A stretch of DNA of 64,000 nt from IMG/VR virus record IMGVR_UViG_3300044645_001661. One strand, written 5' to 3'. A model generated the notes under the pieces. That model was not told where the DNA came from. It made no database searches and was given only the letters and a program-made list of their open reading frames with translations. Positions within the stretch are counted from its first letter, which is position 1; the number at the start of each line of letters is the position of its first letter. The translations under genes were made by a program, and so were the position numbers. Below are positions 1-8,872 of this stretch, piece after piece. The stretch comes from a virus (lineage: Duplodnaviria > Caudoviricetes).

Positions 1-10
1 AGAGTGGTCT

Positions 11-220
11 GTGATGACTTATAATAGTAGGAAACAAAGGAGAACTCAAATGACCCTTGTATCAATTCATTATCATCATTCTTACAATCTTCCTATTACT
101 GGGTTTAGTTCAAGCAAAGAAAGTTTTATCCGTGTTTGTGAAAAACTTCCAACGGACTGGGCACACCTTATAAATCAAGAAACTGGAGAAATCCTACACA
201 CTTGGAGGAAAGAAAAATGA
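11..220 (+). CDS. hypothetical protein
   Basis: ORF track; stop overlaps next ATG (ATGA at 217-220). Confidence 0.6.
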   Translation: MMTYNSRKQRRTQMTLVSIHYHHSYNLPITGFSSSKESFIRVCEKLPTDWAHLINQETGEILHTWRKEK

Positions 221-384
221 TTAAAATCAGTAAAACTTACCATCTTGCACTCACAGAAGACCAAGCACAAGAACTCTATCAACTTCTACGAACTGAAAGG
301 GATAGTGGATGTCTAACACCTGATAAAGAACTGGTGCTTGTTTATCACGAACTCAAAAACCTCTTTGATACTGGGATACGATGA
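217..384 (+). CDS. hypothetical protein (start moved to ATG 217)
   Basis: ATGA overlaps at both ends; same-strand chain. Confidence 0.7.
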   Translation: MIKISKTYHLALTEDQAQELYQLLRTERDSGCLTPDKELVLVYHELKNLFDTGIR

Positions 385-599
385 AACCACCAGATTGTTT
401 GGGTGTTGTTGGTAAATGCACCGATTGTGAAAATCCTGTGTTAGAATACCTGTGTAATCAATCTCTTTTGGAAGTGCGACCAGAAAGTAAAAACTTTGAC
501 TATTGGTTTTCTTGTAGTAATATTCTATGTAAAAATCATAGTGGTGGAGGTTCTTATGGATATTATTATGATGATTGGGTGGATGAGAAAAATGACTAA
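381..599 (+). CDS. small Cys-rich protein, possible Zn-binding (C-x2-C ... C-x4-C-x2-H)
   Basis: ORF track; CTDC and CSNILCKNH motifs. Confidence 0.7.
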   Translation: MKPPDCLGVVGKCTDCENPVLEYLCNQSLLEVRPESKNFDYWFSCSNILCKNHSGGGSYGYYYDDWVDEKND

Positions 600-795
600 A
601 CTATCAGCAGCAGACCTTATGGTAATTCATAATACTCTTTATAAAAGTTTGAGTGTCGTTGGAAATAGTATTTGGACACAAGAAACCAGAGAAAGAGTTA
701 TGGATAAGGTGTCTATTATTATGGAGAATATGAACGCAGAAGTTGTCTGTGGTGATGTAGAACCTATTGTAGTGAGTGGAGATTTGGGAGGATGA
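592..795 (+). CDS. hypothetical protein (start moved to ATG 592)
   Basis: aaaATGACT junction overlapping the previous gene end. Confidence 0.7.
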   Translation: MTKLSAADLMVIHNTLYKSLSVVGNSIWTQETRERVMDKVSIIMENMNAEVVCGDVEPIVVSGDLGG

Positions 796-889
796 CCCAC
801 CCATCTTATTGTTGCCCTAAATGCGGAGAACAGATAGGATGGACTGGAAGGCTCTTTCAGTTTCTTCGTATTCCATTACATCGGTGTAA

Positions 890-946
890 GGACAGTTGAA
901 GAACTGGCACAAGGACACTCCATAAACCCTCTGGATGCCTTATAAT
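890..946 (+). promoter_or_regulatory. promoter with box A (GGACAGTT-gaag-AACTGGCAC, 890-910) and -10 TATAAT (941-946)
   Basis: palindromic box ends 31 bp before -10, as at five other sites; no -35 consensus. Confidence 0.75.
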
Positions 947-969
947 ACTCTCATACACACAGATACCTT

Positions 970-1212
970 ATGACTGAACAAGAACTTATTGAACTCTGGG
1001 GTGATGGAACCCAGTTTGGAATGAATACTCTTGGTGCTGGTGTTATGACTGGTGCTATGAATAATGCCTTTCGTGAGGTTGCTGTAAAGTTTGCTCTTGT
1101 AGTTGCTGATAAAGCATATGGTATTGGTTATGATATTGGAGCAGGTGATGAGTATGATAGGGGATATGTTGATGGTGTGGAAAGTGTAAGGTCAGGTGTT
1201 CTTGGAGATTGA
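970..1212 (+). CDS. hypothetical protein
   Basis: ORF track; directly after the promoter at 941. Confidence 0.75.
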   Translation: MTEQELIELWGDGTQFGMNTLGAGVMTGAMNNAFREVAVKFALVVADKAYGIGYDIGAGDEYDRGYVDGVESVRSGVLGD

Positions 1213-1213
1213 A

Positions 1214-1537
1214 ATGACTGCCTTCACTTACAAAGGATACGGACGCATCTACACCAATCCAGAGAACATTCAAGATGTAGAACAAATCATTCAAGAACTT
1301 GATGAGTTTGAGTGGGGTTATTATACAGGAGGACTTGTAGCATCTTGGGATATGTATCCAAATGTTGAGTATGTTGGTAAGTTTGAACTGAATGAAGAAA
1401 AGTTCAAACAAATCTGTAAGGAACGAAACATTCCTGTTTTTGTCTTTAATGCTTATGATAATGACTATCCTCGTGGTTATGTCAAAACCTTGAATGTAGA
1501 AGAAATCAAAACACTTTCTTATGGAGAACTGAAATGA
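1214..1537 (+). CDS. hypothetical protein (start ATG 1214)
   Basis: ORF track; ATGA overlap with the next gene. Confidence 0.75.
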   Translation: MTAFTYKGYGRIYTNPENIQDVEQIIQELDEFEWGYYTGGLVASWDMYPNVEYVGKFELNEEKFKQICKERNIPVFVFNAYDNDYPRGYVKTLNVEEIKTLSYGELK

Positions 1538-1860
1538 CTATCAGAGAAACTGAACTTCTCAAACTTTTTGCCAAAGCAGATAAACTCCAACTGAATGTTG
1601 TGGTTCGTGAGGACAAAGATGGTGATTATGTAGTCCGTATCTATGAAATGTTCCGTCAAGAAGGATTTGATGAAAAAGTAGTCATCACTCAAAAAGGTGA
1701 GAGTGATTGGAATAAAGGAGCATATGGTTTTGATGCTATGATGGACATTCTTGATGAAATGTTGGAAGAAAAACGACAAGAGGAAATCAAAGCACAAAAA
1801 CGACAAGAACTTCTTGCTCGTTTGACTGATGAAGAAAAAAAACTTCTGGGGGTAAAATGA
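1534..1860 (+). CDS. hypothetical protein with C-terminal coiled coil
   Basis: ORF track; ATGA overlaps. Confidence 0.75.
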   Translation: MTIRETELLKLFAKADKLQLNVVVREDKDGDYVVRIYEMFRQEGFDEKVVITQKGESDWNKGAYGFDAMMDILDEMLEEKRQEEIKAQKRQELLARLTDEEKKLLGVK

Positions 1861-2084
1861 CTAACGAAGAAAAACTCACACTTCTCCTCAAGGTTCTCAA
1901 AGAAGTAGCAGAGGTAAAACACTGCTATGAAGGTCTATTTGGAGATGATTATACTCCAAGTGCTGGTAGTTATGATGATGCCTTTGAAGATGGTTGTGCT
2001 TATGGTGAGATTACCTTTGCCCGCACTATGTTAGAATGTATTGGTGAAAAGTTTGAGTATCCTTGTATGAAAGAAAATGACTGA
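1857..2084 (+). CDS. hypothetical protein
   Basis: ORF track; coupled junctions. Confidence 0.75.
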   Translation: MTNEEKLTLLLKVLKEVAEVKHCYEGLFGDDYTPSAGSYDDAFEDGCAYGEITFARTMLECIGEKFEYPCMKEND

Positions 2085-2262
2085 ACGAGTAAAATTCAAA
2101 AGTATCACACGAGTAATTGACCCAAAGACACGCATTCATTATCTTGATGCTGTTGATGAGAATGGATACCACTGGTCTGCACAAATGACACACCAAGAAG
2201 AACCTTGGATTATCTACAAAGAAATTTGGAAAAAAGACCCACAGCAACCTTACGATCTATGA
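2077..2262 (+). CDS. hypothetical protein
   Basis: ORF track; coupled junctions. Confidence 0.7.
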   Translation: MTERVKFKSITRVIDPKTRIHYLDAVDENGYHWSAQMTHQEEPWIIYKEIWKKDPQQPYDL

Positions 2263-2627
2263 CTTACAAATGCCCTCGTTGTTCCACCAGAGTAAAAGAT
2301 TGGTATGGTGATGACGCTAAATGTGGATTTGATGAGAATGGAAACTTTCTTGAACGCAACTGGATGTGTGCAACTCTAAATGCTCTCCGTGAGATGGGTG
2401 GAGAAGAAATTTGGTGTGATAACAATTATGTGAAAGTTGTAAGTTGTTGTGATGTTGGATTTGGTATTCTGACTTGGTATAAACATCGTGGGCAAACTGA
2501 TGACTTCCGTGATGGTTATTTTGATAGAGGAACTCTGCGTTATGCACAAGAACTTCTGGGTGATGTAGAAGTTGATTATAGTGATTGGGATAATGTAAAT
2601 CTTGACTGGGAGGATGATAAGGAATGA
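2259..2627 (+). CDS. Cys-containing hypothetical protein (CPRC ... NWMCAT), possible Zn-binding; start ATG 2259
   Basis: ATGA overlaps at both ends. Confidence 0.75.
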   Translation: MTYKCPRCSTRVKDWYGDDAKCGFDENGNFLERNWMCATLNALREMGGEEIWCDNNYVKVVSCCDVGFGILTWYKHRGQTDDFRDGYFDRGTLRYAQELLGDVEVDYSDWDNVNLDWEDDKE

Positions 2628-2893
2628 CCTTTGAAGAAATCCTAGAAGAATACGGACAGGAAGTATTGGACACATACTACGAACTGTTCCCAGATAAGAA
2701 TGTATCAAAGTTTGGTGATAGGTGTTGTGGATTTGTTGGTTCTTATGATGACTTTTTAGAAGATGTTTATCATTCAACGGGTAGTGATGAACTGGAAACA
2801 ATTGATGATTTTGCTAATGGAGTGTTTTTAGAGTATTATTACTATGATGAAGGCACAGGTGTTGGATTTGTATTTTATAATGAGGAACGATGA
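2624..2893 (+). CDS. acidic hypothetical protein
   Basis: ORF track; ATGA overlaps. Confidence 0.75.
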   Translation: MTFEEILEEYGQEVLDTYYELFPDKNVSKFGDRCCGFVGSYDDFLEDVYHSTGSDELETIDDFANGVFLEYYYYDEGTGVGFVFYNEER

Positions 2894-3072
2894 GGATTGA
2901 AATTAACCATATTCCTCAAGACGATCAATATTTTATGAAAATCTATGATGGTCCTGATGGTATTGATGAGGAAGACTTCTTGTGTTCCTCACTTGGAGAA
3001 TGCTTTGAAGAAGTTGTAATGTGGAGAACACTCAACGCACAAAGGTATGTTGGAGAAACTGAAAATGACTGA
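2890..3072 (+). CDS. hypothetical protein
   Basis: ORF track; coupled junctions. Confidence 0.7.
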   Translation: MRIEINHIPQDDQYFMKIYDGPDGIDEEDFLCSSLGECFEEVVMWRTLNAQRYVGETEND

Positions 3073-3775
3073 ATTTCAACCAAAACCACAAACACCAGAG
3101 CAAGTAGATGAAGGTCTGCGTAATGCTTTTAGACAAGCAATCAAAAATGGTGTGATGGATGCTACTCCTTATCTGAAACAAATGACTTTCAAATCTGATA
3201 TTGAAAAAACAGAAGCAGAAATCAAAGTGCTTCAAAAGAAACTGGAACTCCTCAAAGAGATTGAGACACATAAATCTCAACCTAAAATGGAGTTTAGTTT
3301 TGGTGGTAAGTTTGAGGTCGTCTCTTATAATGATGAGGTTTATTATCGTCTTGAATTTCCTGATGAATTTTATTGGTATAAAAAAAAGTATTCTGATGAA
3401 GGTTTGTTGATGGTTGCTATTACTGATGGTGAAACTTGTCGTTTGCTTGAAGGACTTTGGTTTAATGAGGTGAAGAAAGGGAAGTATGATGAACCAGAGT
3501 ATTATGATGAAGTAGAGTGGGATGAAAAAGATAATCCAAAACCTATGGATGAGGTTGTGAATAGGTTGGTGAAAAAATACCAAGCACAAAAACTTTTTAA
3601 TAGATTGGTAGATGAACTTGGTTATGATTTTGATACCTGTAATGAGATTGTAGAGACAGTTGAAGACTGGTTGCCGAGAGAACAATCAGCAGCAGGAAGT
3701 CAGAATGTAGATACTGAATTACTTGTTGATGGATTTAATCATTGTCTTGAAAAAATTAAGGGGATGCTACGATGA
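3065..3775 (+). CDS. hypothetical protein, apparently multi-module (start ATG 3065)
   Basis: ORF track; gaaaATGACT junction. Confidence 0.8.
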   Translation: MTEFQPKPQTPEQVDEGLRNAFRQAIKNGVMDATPYLKQMTFKSDIEKTEAEIKVLQKKLELLKEIETHKSQPKMEFSFGGKFEVVSYNDEVYYRLEFPDEFYWYKKKYSDEGLLMVAITDGETCRLLEGLWFNEVKKGKYDEPEYYDEVEWDEKDNPKPMDEVVNRLVKKYQAQKLFNRLVDELGYDFDTCNEIVETVEDWLPREQSAAGSQNVDTELLVDGFNHCLEKIKGMLR

Positions 3776-3963
3776 CTGAACGCAACTTTGCCAAAGAACT
3801 TTGCCATCACCGCTATATTGATATGGAGGATGGGAATGATACTGAAACTATTTGCTATCCTTCTTTGATTTGTATTATCACCGAGTTGTGTGATAGGATT
3901 GAGAAACTTGAAAGAAAGTTAGAACAGCAGGAAGAGTATGCTATGGAGCAAAATGAACGATGA
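3772..3963 (+). CDS. hypothetical protein
   Basis: ORF track; ATGA overlap. Confidence 0.7.
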   Translation: MTERNFAKELCHHRYIDMEDGNDTETICYPSLICIITELCDRIEKLERKLEQQEEYAMEQNER

Positions 3964-4369
3964 AATGCCTTGGGTCAATCTCACTCAAGAAGAAGTAGAA
4001 GAACTCCGCAACAAAAAACACGAACTCACTGAATACGGCAAAGAGAAACTGAGGAAACTTATGATGAATCAAGAACCATATCCAGACGAAATGTTTGAAG
4101 AGGCAGAACGTCGTGAGAAGAGTAATCGTGTTCTTCAACGATATAATGATTACTACAATATGGAATGTGCTGGACTTCCTCACGGCACACCAATCACCCC
4201 AGAACATCAACAAATGATTGCATTTCAATCTATGATTGATGCTTTGCGTTGTGAGAACCTCAATCGTGAGTATAATGAAATTGCCATCTCTGATATTGAG
4301 GATTTGATTGAACGATTGGATGAACAAGCAACTGCATTTCTTGAACGGGTGAGACAAAACAATGGATGA
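3953..4369 (+). CDS. hypothetical protein (start ATG 3953)
   Basis: ORF track; overlaps neighbours. Confidence 0.7.
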   Translation: MNDEMPWVNLTQEEVEELRNKKHELTEYGKEKLRKLMMNQEPYPDEMFEEAERREKSNRVLQRYNDYYNMECAGLPHGTPITPEHQQMIAFQSMIDALRCENLNREYNEIAISDIEDLIERLDEQATAFLERVRQNNG

Positions 4370-4664
4370 TAAACCGTTCTATCGTTTCTTTGCGATTGAT
4401 TACTGTGCCACTGGTGAAGGTCGTTCATTCTGGTTGAAAATCTGTCGCAACTATCAAAGAGTTGATGATAGAGACCGTGAATATGAAAAGTTTGCAAAGT
4501 TTGTTGATTGTGATCATTATATGCACGGATTTGATGAACTCACGGAGAGGGAGTTTCTGGACAAATACACAAGGTTCATTCCATATTTTGTTGCAGAAAT
4601 GATGCAAAGGAAGGACCAACCAGCATTTACTTGGGAAACGCATTTACACTTTAATTACTCATAA
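4362..4664 (+). CDS. hypothetical protein (DYCATGEGRS motif)
   Basis: ORF track. Confidence 0.75.
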   Translation: MDDKPFYRFFAIDYCATGEGRSFWLKICRNYQRVDDRDREYEKFAKFVDCDHYMHGFDELTEREFLDKYTRFIPYFVAEMMQRKDQPAFTWETHLHFNYS

Positions 4665-4834
4665 TGGAAGTCACTGAACATAATGTTGATGCTGGTTGGA
4701 ACCATCATGAAATTGAAGCATTGATGGCACTGGTCAAAGGTCAAATGTTACGGGATGACAACGATAAGTTTATTCATTTGTTTTATGCCAAAATCTATGG
4801 TAAACTGGTGGGAATAAAGCACGAGTTACTATGA
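4664..4834 (+). CDS. hypothetical protein, 56 aa (MEVTEHNV...), not in ORF track
   Basis: read from sequence; TAATG and ATGA overlaps fill the gap exactly. Confidence 0.7.
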   Translation: MEVTEHNVDAGWNHHEIEALMALVKGQMLRDDNDKFIHLFYAKIYGKLVGIKHELL

Positions 4835-5049
4835 CCAAACTCTGTAAAGATTGTAAGTGGTATCGTAAATCTTGGATAGAACATATCTTTTTTAGAACCA
4901 ATAGGTATGATATGTGTGCCTCTCCAAATACCACTGACGACCTTGTAACTGGTCGTAGACAACGATTTTGTGATATGTTGAGGTCAATCAGATGGGAGAT
5001 TCTTGATTATTCTTGTGGTCCTGATGGTAAGTTCTGGGAGGCAAAATGA
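4831..5049 (+). CDS. Cys-motif protein (CKDCKWY ... C ... C ... CGPDGKFWE)
   Basis: ORF track; Zn-finger-like Cys pattern. Confidence 0.75.
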   Translation: MTKLCKDCKWYRKSWIEHIFFRTNRYDMCASPNTTDDLVTGRRQRFCDMLRSIRWEILDYSCGPDGKFWEAK

Positions 5050-5216
5050 AAGCATTTAAGATATGTTTTGAGTTGTGGAAACAACTGATGACTTATGATG
5101 GTCGTGACCCTGAATGGGACTTTGAAGATTATCAAGGTATTTTTTGGGATTATCTAAACTACTCTTACATTAGAACAGAGTGGAGTATCATGAGTGAATG
5201 GAAGTGGAAAAAATGA
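5046..5216 (+). CDS. hypothetical protein, 56 aa (MKAFKICF...), not in ORF track
   Basis: read from sequence; ATGA overlaps at both ends. Confidence 0.65.
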   Translation: MKAFKICFELWKQLMTYDGRDPEWDFEDYQGIFWDYLNYSYIRTEWSIMSEWKWKK

Positions 5217-5410
5217 CTAAATTAGTAAATTGGACTGAAAACCCAGATGAGATTGTACTGGAAGAGGTGAAATTGTTTCATCTGGAAAGTATGAATGAAC
5301 GATCACTGTGGATTGGTGTTTATACACAAGATGATAAGATCTATCATTTGAATATTACTGGAGATCAATTAAAATACTACTGGAGTGATGAGACCTGTGA
5401 ACCTTCTTGA
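5213..5410 (+). CDS. hypothetical protein (start ATG 5213)
   Basis: ORF track; ATGA overlap. Confidence 0.7.
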   Translation: MTKLVNWTENPDEIVLEEVKLFHLESMNERSLWIGVYTQDDKIYHLNITGDQLKYYWSDETCEPS

Positions 5411-5678
5411 TCGTTACAAAAATTGGACTGATAAATCCTATAAAAAATATGTGGATTGGTATGAGTTCAAACCCCATTTCAAGTGGAATCCATTTGATAC
5501 TGAAAATCTTTGGGTATATGATAATAAGAAGTGGAGGGACTTTATCTGGGGTTGGCAGAGTGTAGGATATGCTTGGGAAGCATGGACTTATTGGATGAGA
5601 GATATGAAGTATGATTATAAACTTCCTAATGCTTTTTGGACAGAGTTGAGTGATGGTTGGATGGAAATGTATAAATGA
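5388..5678 (+). CDS. Trp/Tyr-rich hypothetical protein
   Basis: ORF track; start uncertain. Confidence 0.65.
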   Translation: MRPVNLLDRYKNWTDKSYKKYVDWYEFKPHFKWNPFDTENLWVYDNKKWRDFIWGWQSVGYAWEAWTYWMRDMKYDYKLPNAFWTELSDGWMEMYK

Positions 5679-5950
5679 TGAGACTTTTTTATTATTTTTA
5701 TCAAGAAGATTTTGGTCATGAACTTTATCTGAACATCTTTGCGTTTAGAAGGTTTAACATATTTCAATTAGAACTTATGTGGGATGATTTTCCTACTTGG
5801 ATTCCTTATCTTACATTGTCTTTTTTGGGACATTATGGTAGTCTTATTGGAGTTACATTTGGTTTTGGTAAGTTTAGATTTTCTTTTGACTTCCTTGCAT
5901 ATCAACCAAAGGATTTGAATTATCTTCGCAAATGTTATGGAAAGAATTAG
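5675..5950 (+). CDS. hydrophobic Phe-rich hypothetical protein
   Basis: ORF track; ATGA overlap. Confidence 0.7.
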   Translation: MMRLFYYFYQEDFGHELYLNIFAFRRFNIFQLELMWDDFPTWIPYLTLSFLGHYGSLIGVTFGFGKFRFSFDFLAYQPKDLNYLRKCYGKN

Positions 5951-6158
5951 ATATTGGATATACGAGTTGTGGTACAAGTACAAGTCATGGAGATTTGAAC
6001 GCAAATGTATCAAACATCTTGGTATGAAACCAACAAAGATGTATGTTTCAGAAGAAGCATATGATGCTTTATTGAAGGCAATCAATGCCCCACCAGATCC
6101 AGAAAAAATTAAGAGATTTAAAGAATTAATGCAAAGACCAGCTCCTTGGGATGAATAA
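5937..6158 (+). CDS. hypothetical protein
   Basis: ORF track. Confidence 0.7.
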   Translation: MERIRYWIYELWYKYKSWRFERKCIKHLGMKPTKMYVSEEAYDALLKAINAPPDPEKIKRFKELMQRPAPWDE

Positions 6159-6879
6159 TATGGAATCAAAATATGAATATGAATATACTGAACATATAAA
6201 TCCAGGAGTCCTCAGTTTTAAATTAACTGAGGACCATGTTGATTTAATTTGGAAATATATTAAACGATCTGCTTCTTTTTTTGAAGGGTGGACATTTGAT
6301 GATAAAAATAAAGTCTTAACAAGTGGTGAAGTTCAACAATGGACTTTATATGATACTACTAAAATATTTGAAAATGAGGTATTGATTCCTGCAGTAAATG
6401 CTTATGTTGATAAATGGGGATATCCCATGAATATTAAAACTACCCATTTACCAGTTCCTGAATTTAATAGATTTTGGGTTAGATTTTCAAATATTGGTGA
6501 TTATCACGCTTTACATGATCATCAAGCCATATGGAGTTTTGTAATTTGGTTAAATCTTCCAACATCATGGGAAGAAGAGCAAGAAACTAGAATGAGGGGA
6601 AAACATCCACACGCATCTGATTTTCAATTATGTTACACTGATTCTATAGGTAGAGTTAGAAAACAAGATTATAAGTTGGATAGAAAGGGTGAAAAAACAA
6701 TGTTACTTTATCCAAGTGATTTTCATCATCAAGTTTATCCTCATTTCACTTCAGACGAATTTAGAGTTGCTGTTGCGGGAGATATTTCTATTTGCAGCAG
6801 GTATCATTTAGAAGCACTACCTATTCATCTTGAAGCTGATATTGAATATAATAATTTTGTAAATGATGAAAATAATTAA
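6151..6879 (+). CDS. putative 2OG-Fe(II) oxygenase
   Basis: LHDH...WSFVIWL, distal YPSDFHHQVYP and C-terminal FRVAVAG match the cyanophage 2OG-Fe(II) oxygenase pattern. Confidence 0.8.
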   Translation: MNNMESKYEYEYTEHINPGVLSFKLTEDHVDLIWKYIKRSASFFEGWTFDDKNKVLTSGEVQQWTLYDTTKIFENEVLIPAVNAYVDKWGYPMNIKTTHLPVPEFNRFWVRFSNIGDYHALHDHQAIWSFVIWLNLPTSWEEEQETRMRGKHPHASDFQLCYTDSIGRVRKQDYKLDRKGEKTMLLYPSDFHHQVYPHFTSDEFRVAVAGDISICSRYHLEALPIHLEADIEYNNFVNDENN

Positions 6880-6921
6880 AGACTTAAAATATACAAGACT
6901 ATAAATTATTGTGAGGTAAAA

Positions 6922-7104
6922 ATGAATATTCCATCTAAATCTGAATTGATTCATTATAAAATTCAAGCAGCAATGAGAGAGAATACTTTTAGTGAAGATC
7001 AAATGAAGTATCTTGGTGAGCGTGATGGCACTCACTGGTATCTTATTGATGGTAAGCATGAAGTATCATCTGATCAATTTGAAGAGTTTGAGGTAGTAGA
7101 ATGA
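6922..7104 (+). CDS. hypothetical protein
   Basis: ORF track; GAGG SD and a late-promoter-like TATAAAT just upstream. Confidence 0.7.
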   Translation: MNIPSKSELIHYKIQAAMRENTFSEDQMKYLGERDGTHWYLIDGKHEVSSDQFEEFEVVE

Positions 7105-7201
7105 AACTTAGTTGATACATATAATGGATGTGATATAATTAAATGGCAAAATCCACATACAGAGAATATAAATTCTTTTTAGATTACTCAAACAAAAACC
7201 A

Positions 7202-7576
7202 ATGAATAATCAATACGACAGAGAAGAAGAACAAGTAGAATATGTTTTCAATGTCAACACTTTTGGGATGGTTGAAATTGAAACTGAGACAATTCCAACA
7301 ACAGAATCTGTTATTAATGATGCTGCAGAAAAAGCATCAAAAATTTTAAATGTTGATCTTAAAAATATTGATAAAATCAAATTTTTAAGAATGTATCTTG
7401 CACTTTATTCAATGTGTGGTTATCATCCTACAGATCGATCTGTAGGAGATAATATGATGCGTTGGTGGTTAAATACTGATAATAAGCATCTTGGATATAT
7501 ACCTGTAAATTATCTTCATCATCCATTACAATTAGATGAAATCATTCGTTATCTAGAATCATTTATTAATCATTAA
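7202..7576 (+). CDS. hypothetical protein
   Basis: ORF track. Confidence 0.65.
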   Translation: MNNQYDREEEQVEYVFNVNTFGMVEIETETIPTTESVINDAAEKASKILNVDLKNIDKIKFLRMYLALYSMCGYHPTDRSVGDNMMRWWLNTDNKHLGYIPVNYLHHPLQLDEIIRYLESFINH

Positions 7577-7583
7577 ATCTATT

Positions 7584-7904
7584 ATGCTCTCTACACAATA
7601 CCGTCTTAAACTTCAAGCAATTTGCGATAGAATTGTCAATCATCAATCTGTAGATTTACAGGATATGATTTGGGCAGAGAAACTTGCAAAAGTAAATCGC
7701 ACTGCATCAACAATGCTAAGACAAGCAAGAAGAACTGCAGAAAATCCAGACATGCAAGAAGGTGATTTGGATGACTTTTTGAATCAACTTGATATTGGTG
7801 GTATTGGTCATGAGCGTAAAGGTATTCGTAGATTTGATACTGTTGATGAAATCGTAGACTTTTTCACTGAGGATAAACCAGATGATTGGAGACAACGAGA
7901 CTGA
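7584..7904 (+). CDS. conserved cyanophage hypothetical protein (MLSTQYRL...MIWAEKLAK)
   Basis: N-terminus recognised as a family common in T4-like cyanophages. Confidence 0.8.
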   Translation: MLSTQYRLKLQAICDRIVNHQSVDLQDMIWAEKLAKVNRTASTMLRQARRTAENPDMQEGDLDDFLNQLDIGGIGHERKGIRRFDTVDEIVDFFTEDKPDDWRQRD

Positions 7905-7914
7905 TTGGGAATTA

Positions 7915-8121
7915 ATGAAGAAGGGAGATTCTGTAACTTTTATTAGTTGTAGCACAACCCAAATTCAATGGGGTAATAATGATGATCCATATCTAACTTT
8001 AGAGGAAGGTGAGATTTATACTGTTGAAGATGTAAAAATTCACAGTATGCATACAAAAATAAAGTTAATTGGTTATAATGGTTGGTACAATAGTGTTTGT
8101 TTTATAAGGAACGAATTATGA
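7915..8121 (+). CDS. hypothetical protein (QWGNNDDP...HTK...NSVCF), start ATG 7915
   Basis: ORF track; ATGA overlap with the next gene. Confidence 0.7.
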   Translation: MKKGDSVTFISCSTTQIQWGNNDDPYLTLEEGEIYTVEDVKIHSMHTKIKLIGYNGWYNSVCFIRNEL

Positions 8122-8348
8122 ATGCAATTTTATGGAATGGTACATTAGATAATCGCTATGAATGTACTGTAGAACACACATCTCAATACAAAGGGCAATT
8201 ACGCATCTTTGATAATCAAACTGATTCAGTTCTTTTAATTGAAGAAGTTGGTGTATCTTATGGTGCAACATTTGGTGCTGACATGGGTGATGTATCTGAT
8301 TGGCAGAATCGTTGTTCTGAATTCATTGATTCAATGGCATCAAATTAA
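8118..8348 (+). CDS. hypothetical protein (start ATG 8118)
   Basis: ORF track. Confidence 0.7.
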   Translation: MNAILWNGTLDNRYECTVEHTSQYKGQLRIFDNQTDSVLLIEEVGVSYGATFGADMGDVSDWQNRCSEFIDSMASN

Positions 8349-8370
8349 TTCAATTTAATAGGAATTTAAA

Positions 8371-8847
8371 ATGGATGATTTAACAAAGACTGCATTATGG
8401 ATCATCATGGATCCCTGGTATCCTACACCATACAAATGGGACTTAGACCAATATCCAAATATTGATGAACTGAATGAAGTTGTATTGAATCGAATTGTAG
8501 ATTATATTCCAAATTTAAATCATGTTTGCATCTCCTGCCCATTAACGATTATGGAGGATGATAAGGTTAAACAAGTCACACCACATCCAAAAGTATCTCA
8601 TTTGTATAACTTAGAGAACAGTATCTTTAAGTTATATTTTTATATGAAGAAGCATAATTTGAAGTCTATTGTGTATTGTGGATTTCACTATGGACGTTGT
8701 ATTCTAGATAAAGATGATGGGGCAATGAATACAACAAAACATTATGATGTATGGGTTAAAAAAGACTTTTGTGGATTGTATCCAGAAGATGATTGGGAAT
8801 CAACAGATGATCTTACACTTAAGTATGCAAAGATATACGATAGATAA
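8371..8847 (+). CDS. isochorismatase/cysteine-hydrolase-like protein
   Basis: ALWIIMDPW (beta1 Asp), IVYCGFHYGRCI (nucleophile loop), YDVWVKKDFC. Confidence 0.6.
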   Translation: MDDLTKTALWIIMDPWYPTPYKWDLDQYPNIDELNEVVLNRIVDYIPNLNHVCISCPLTIMEDDKVKQVTPHPKVSHLYNLENSIFKLYFYMKKHNLKSIVYCGFHYGRCILDKDDGAMNTTKHYDVWVKKDFCGLYPEDDWESTDDLTLKYAKIYDR

Positions 8848-8872
8848 TTATAACATCTAAGATCTTTTTTAA

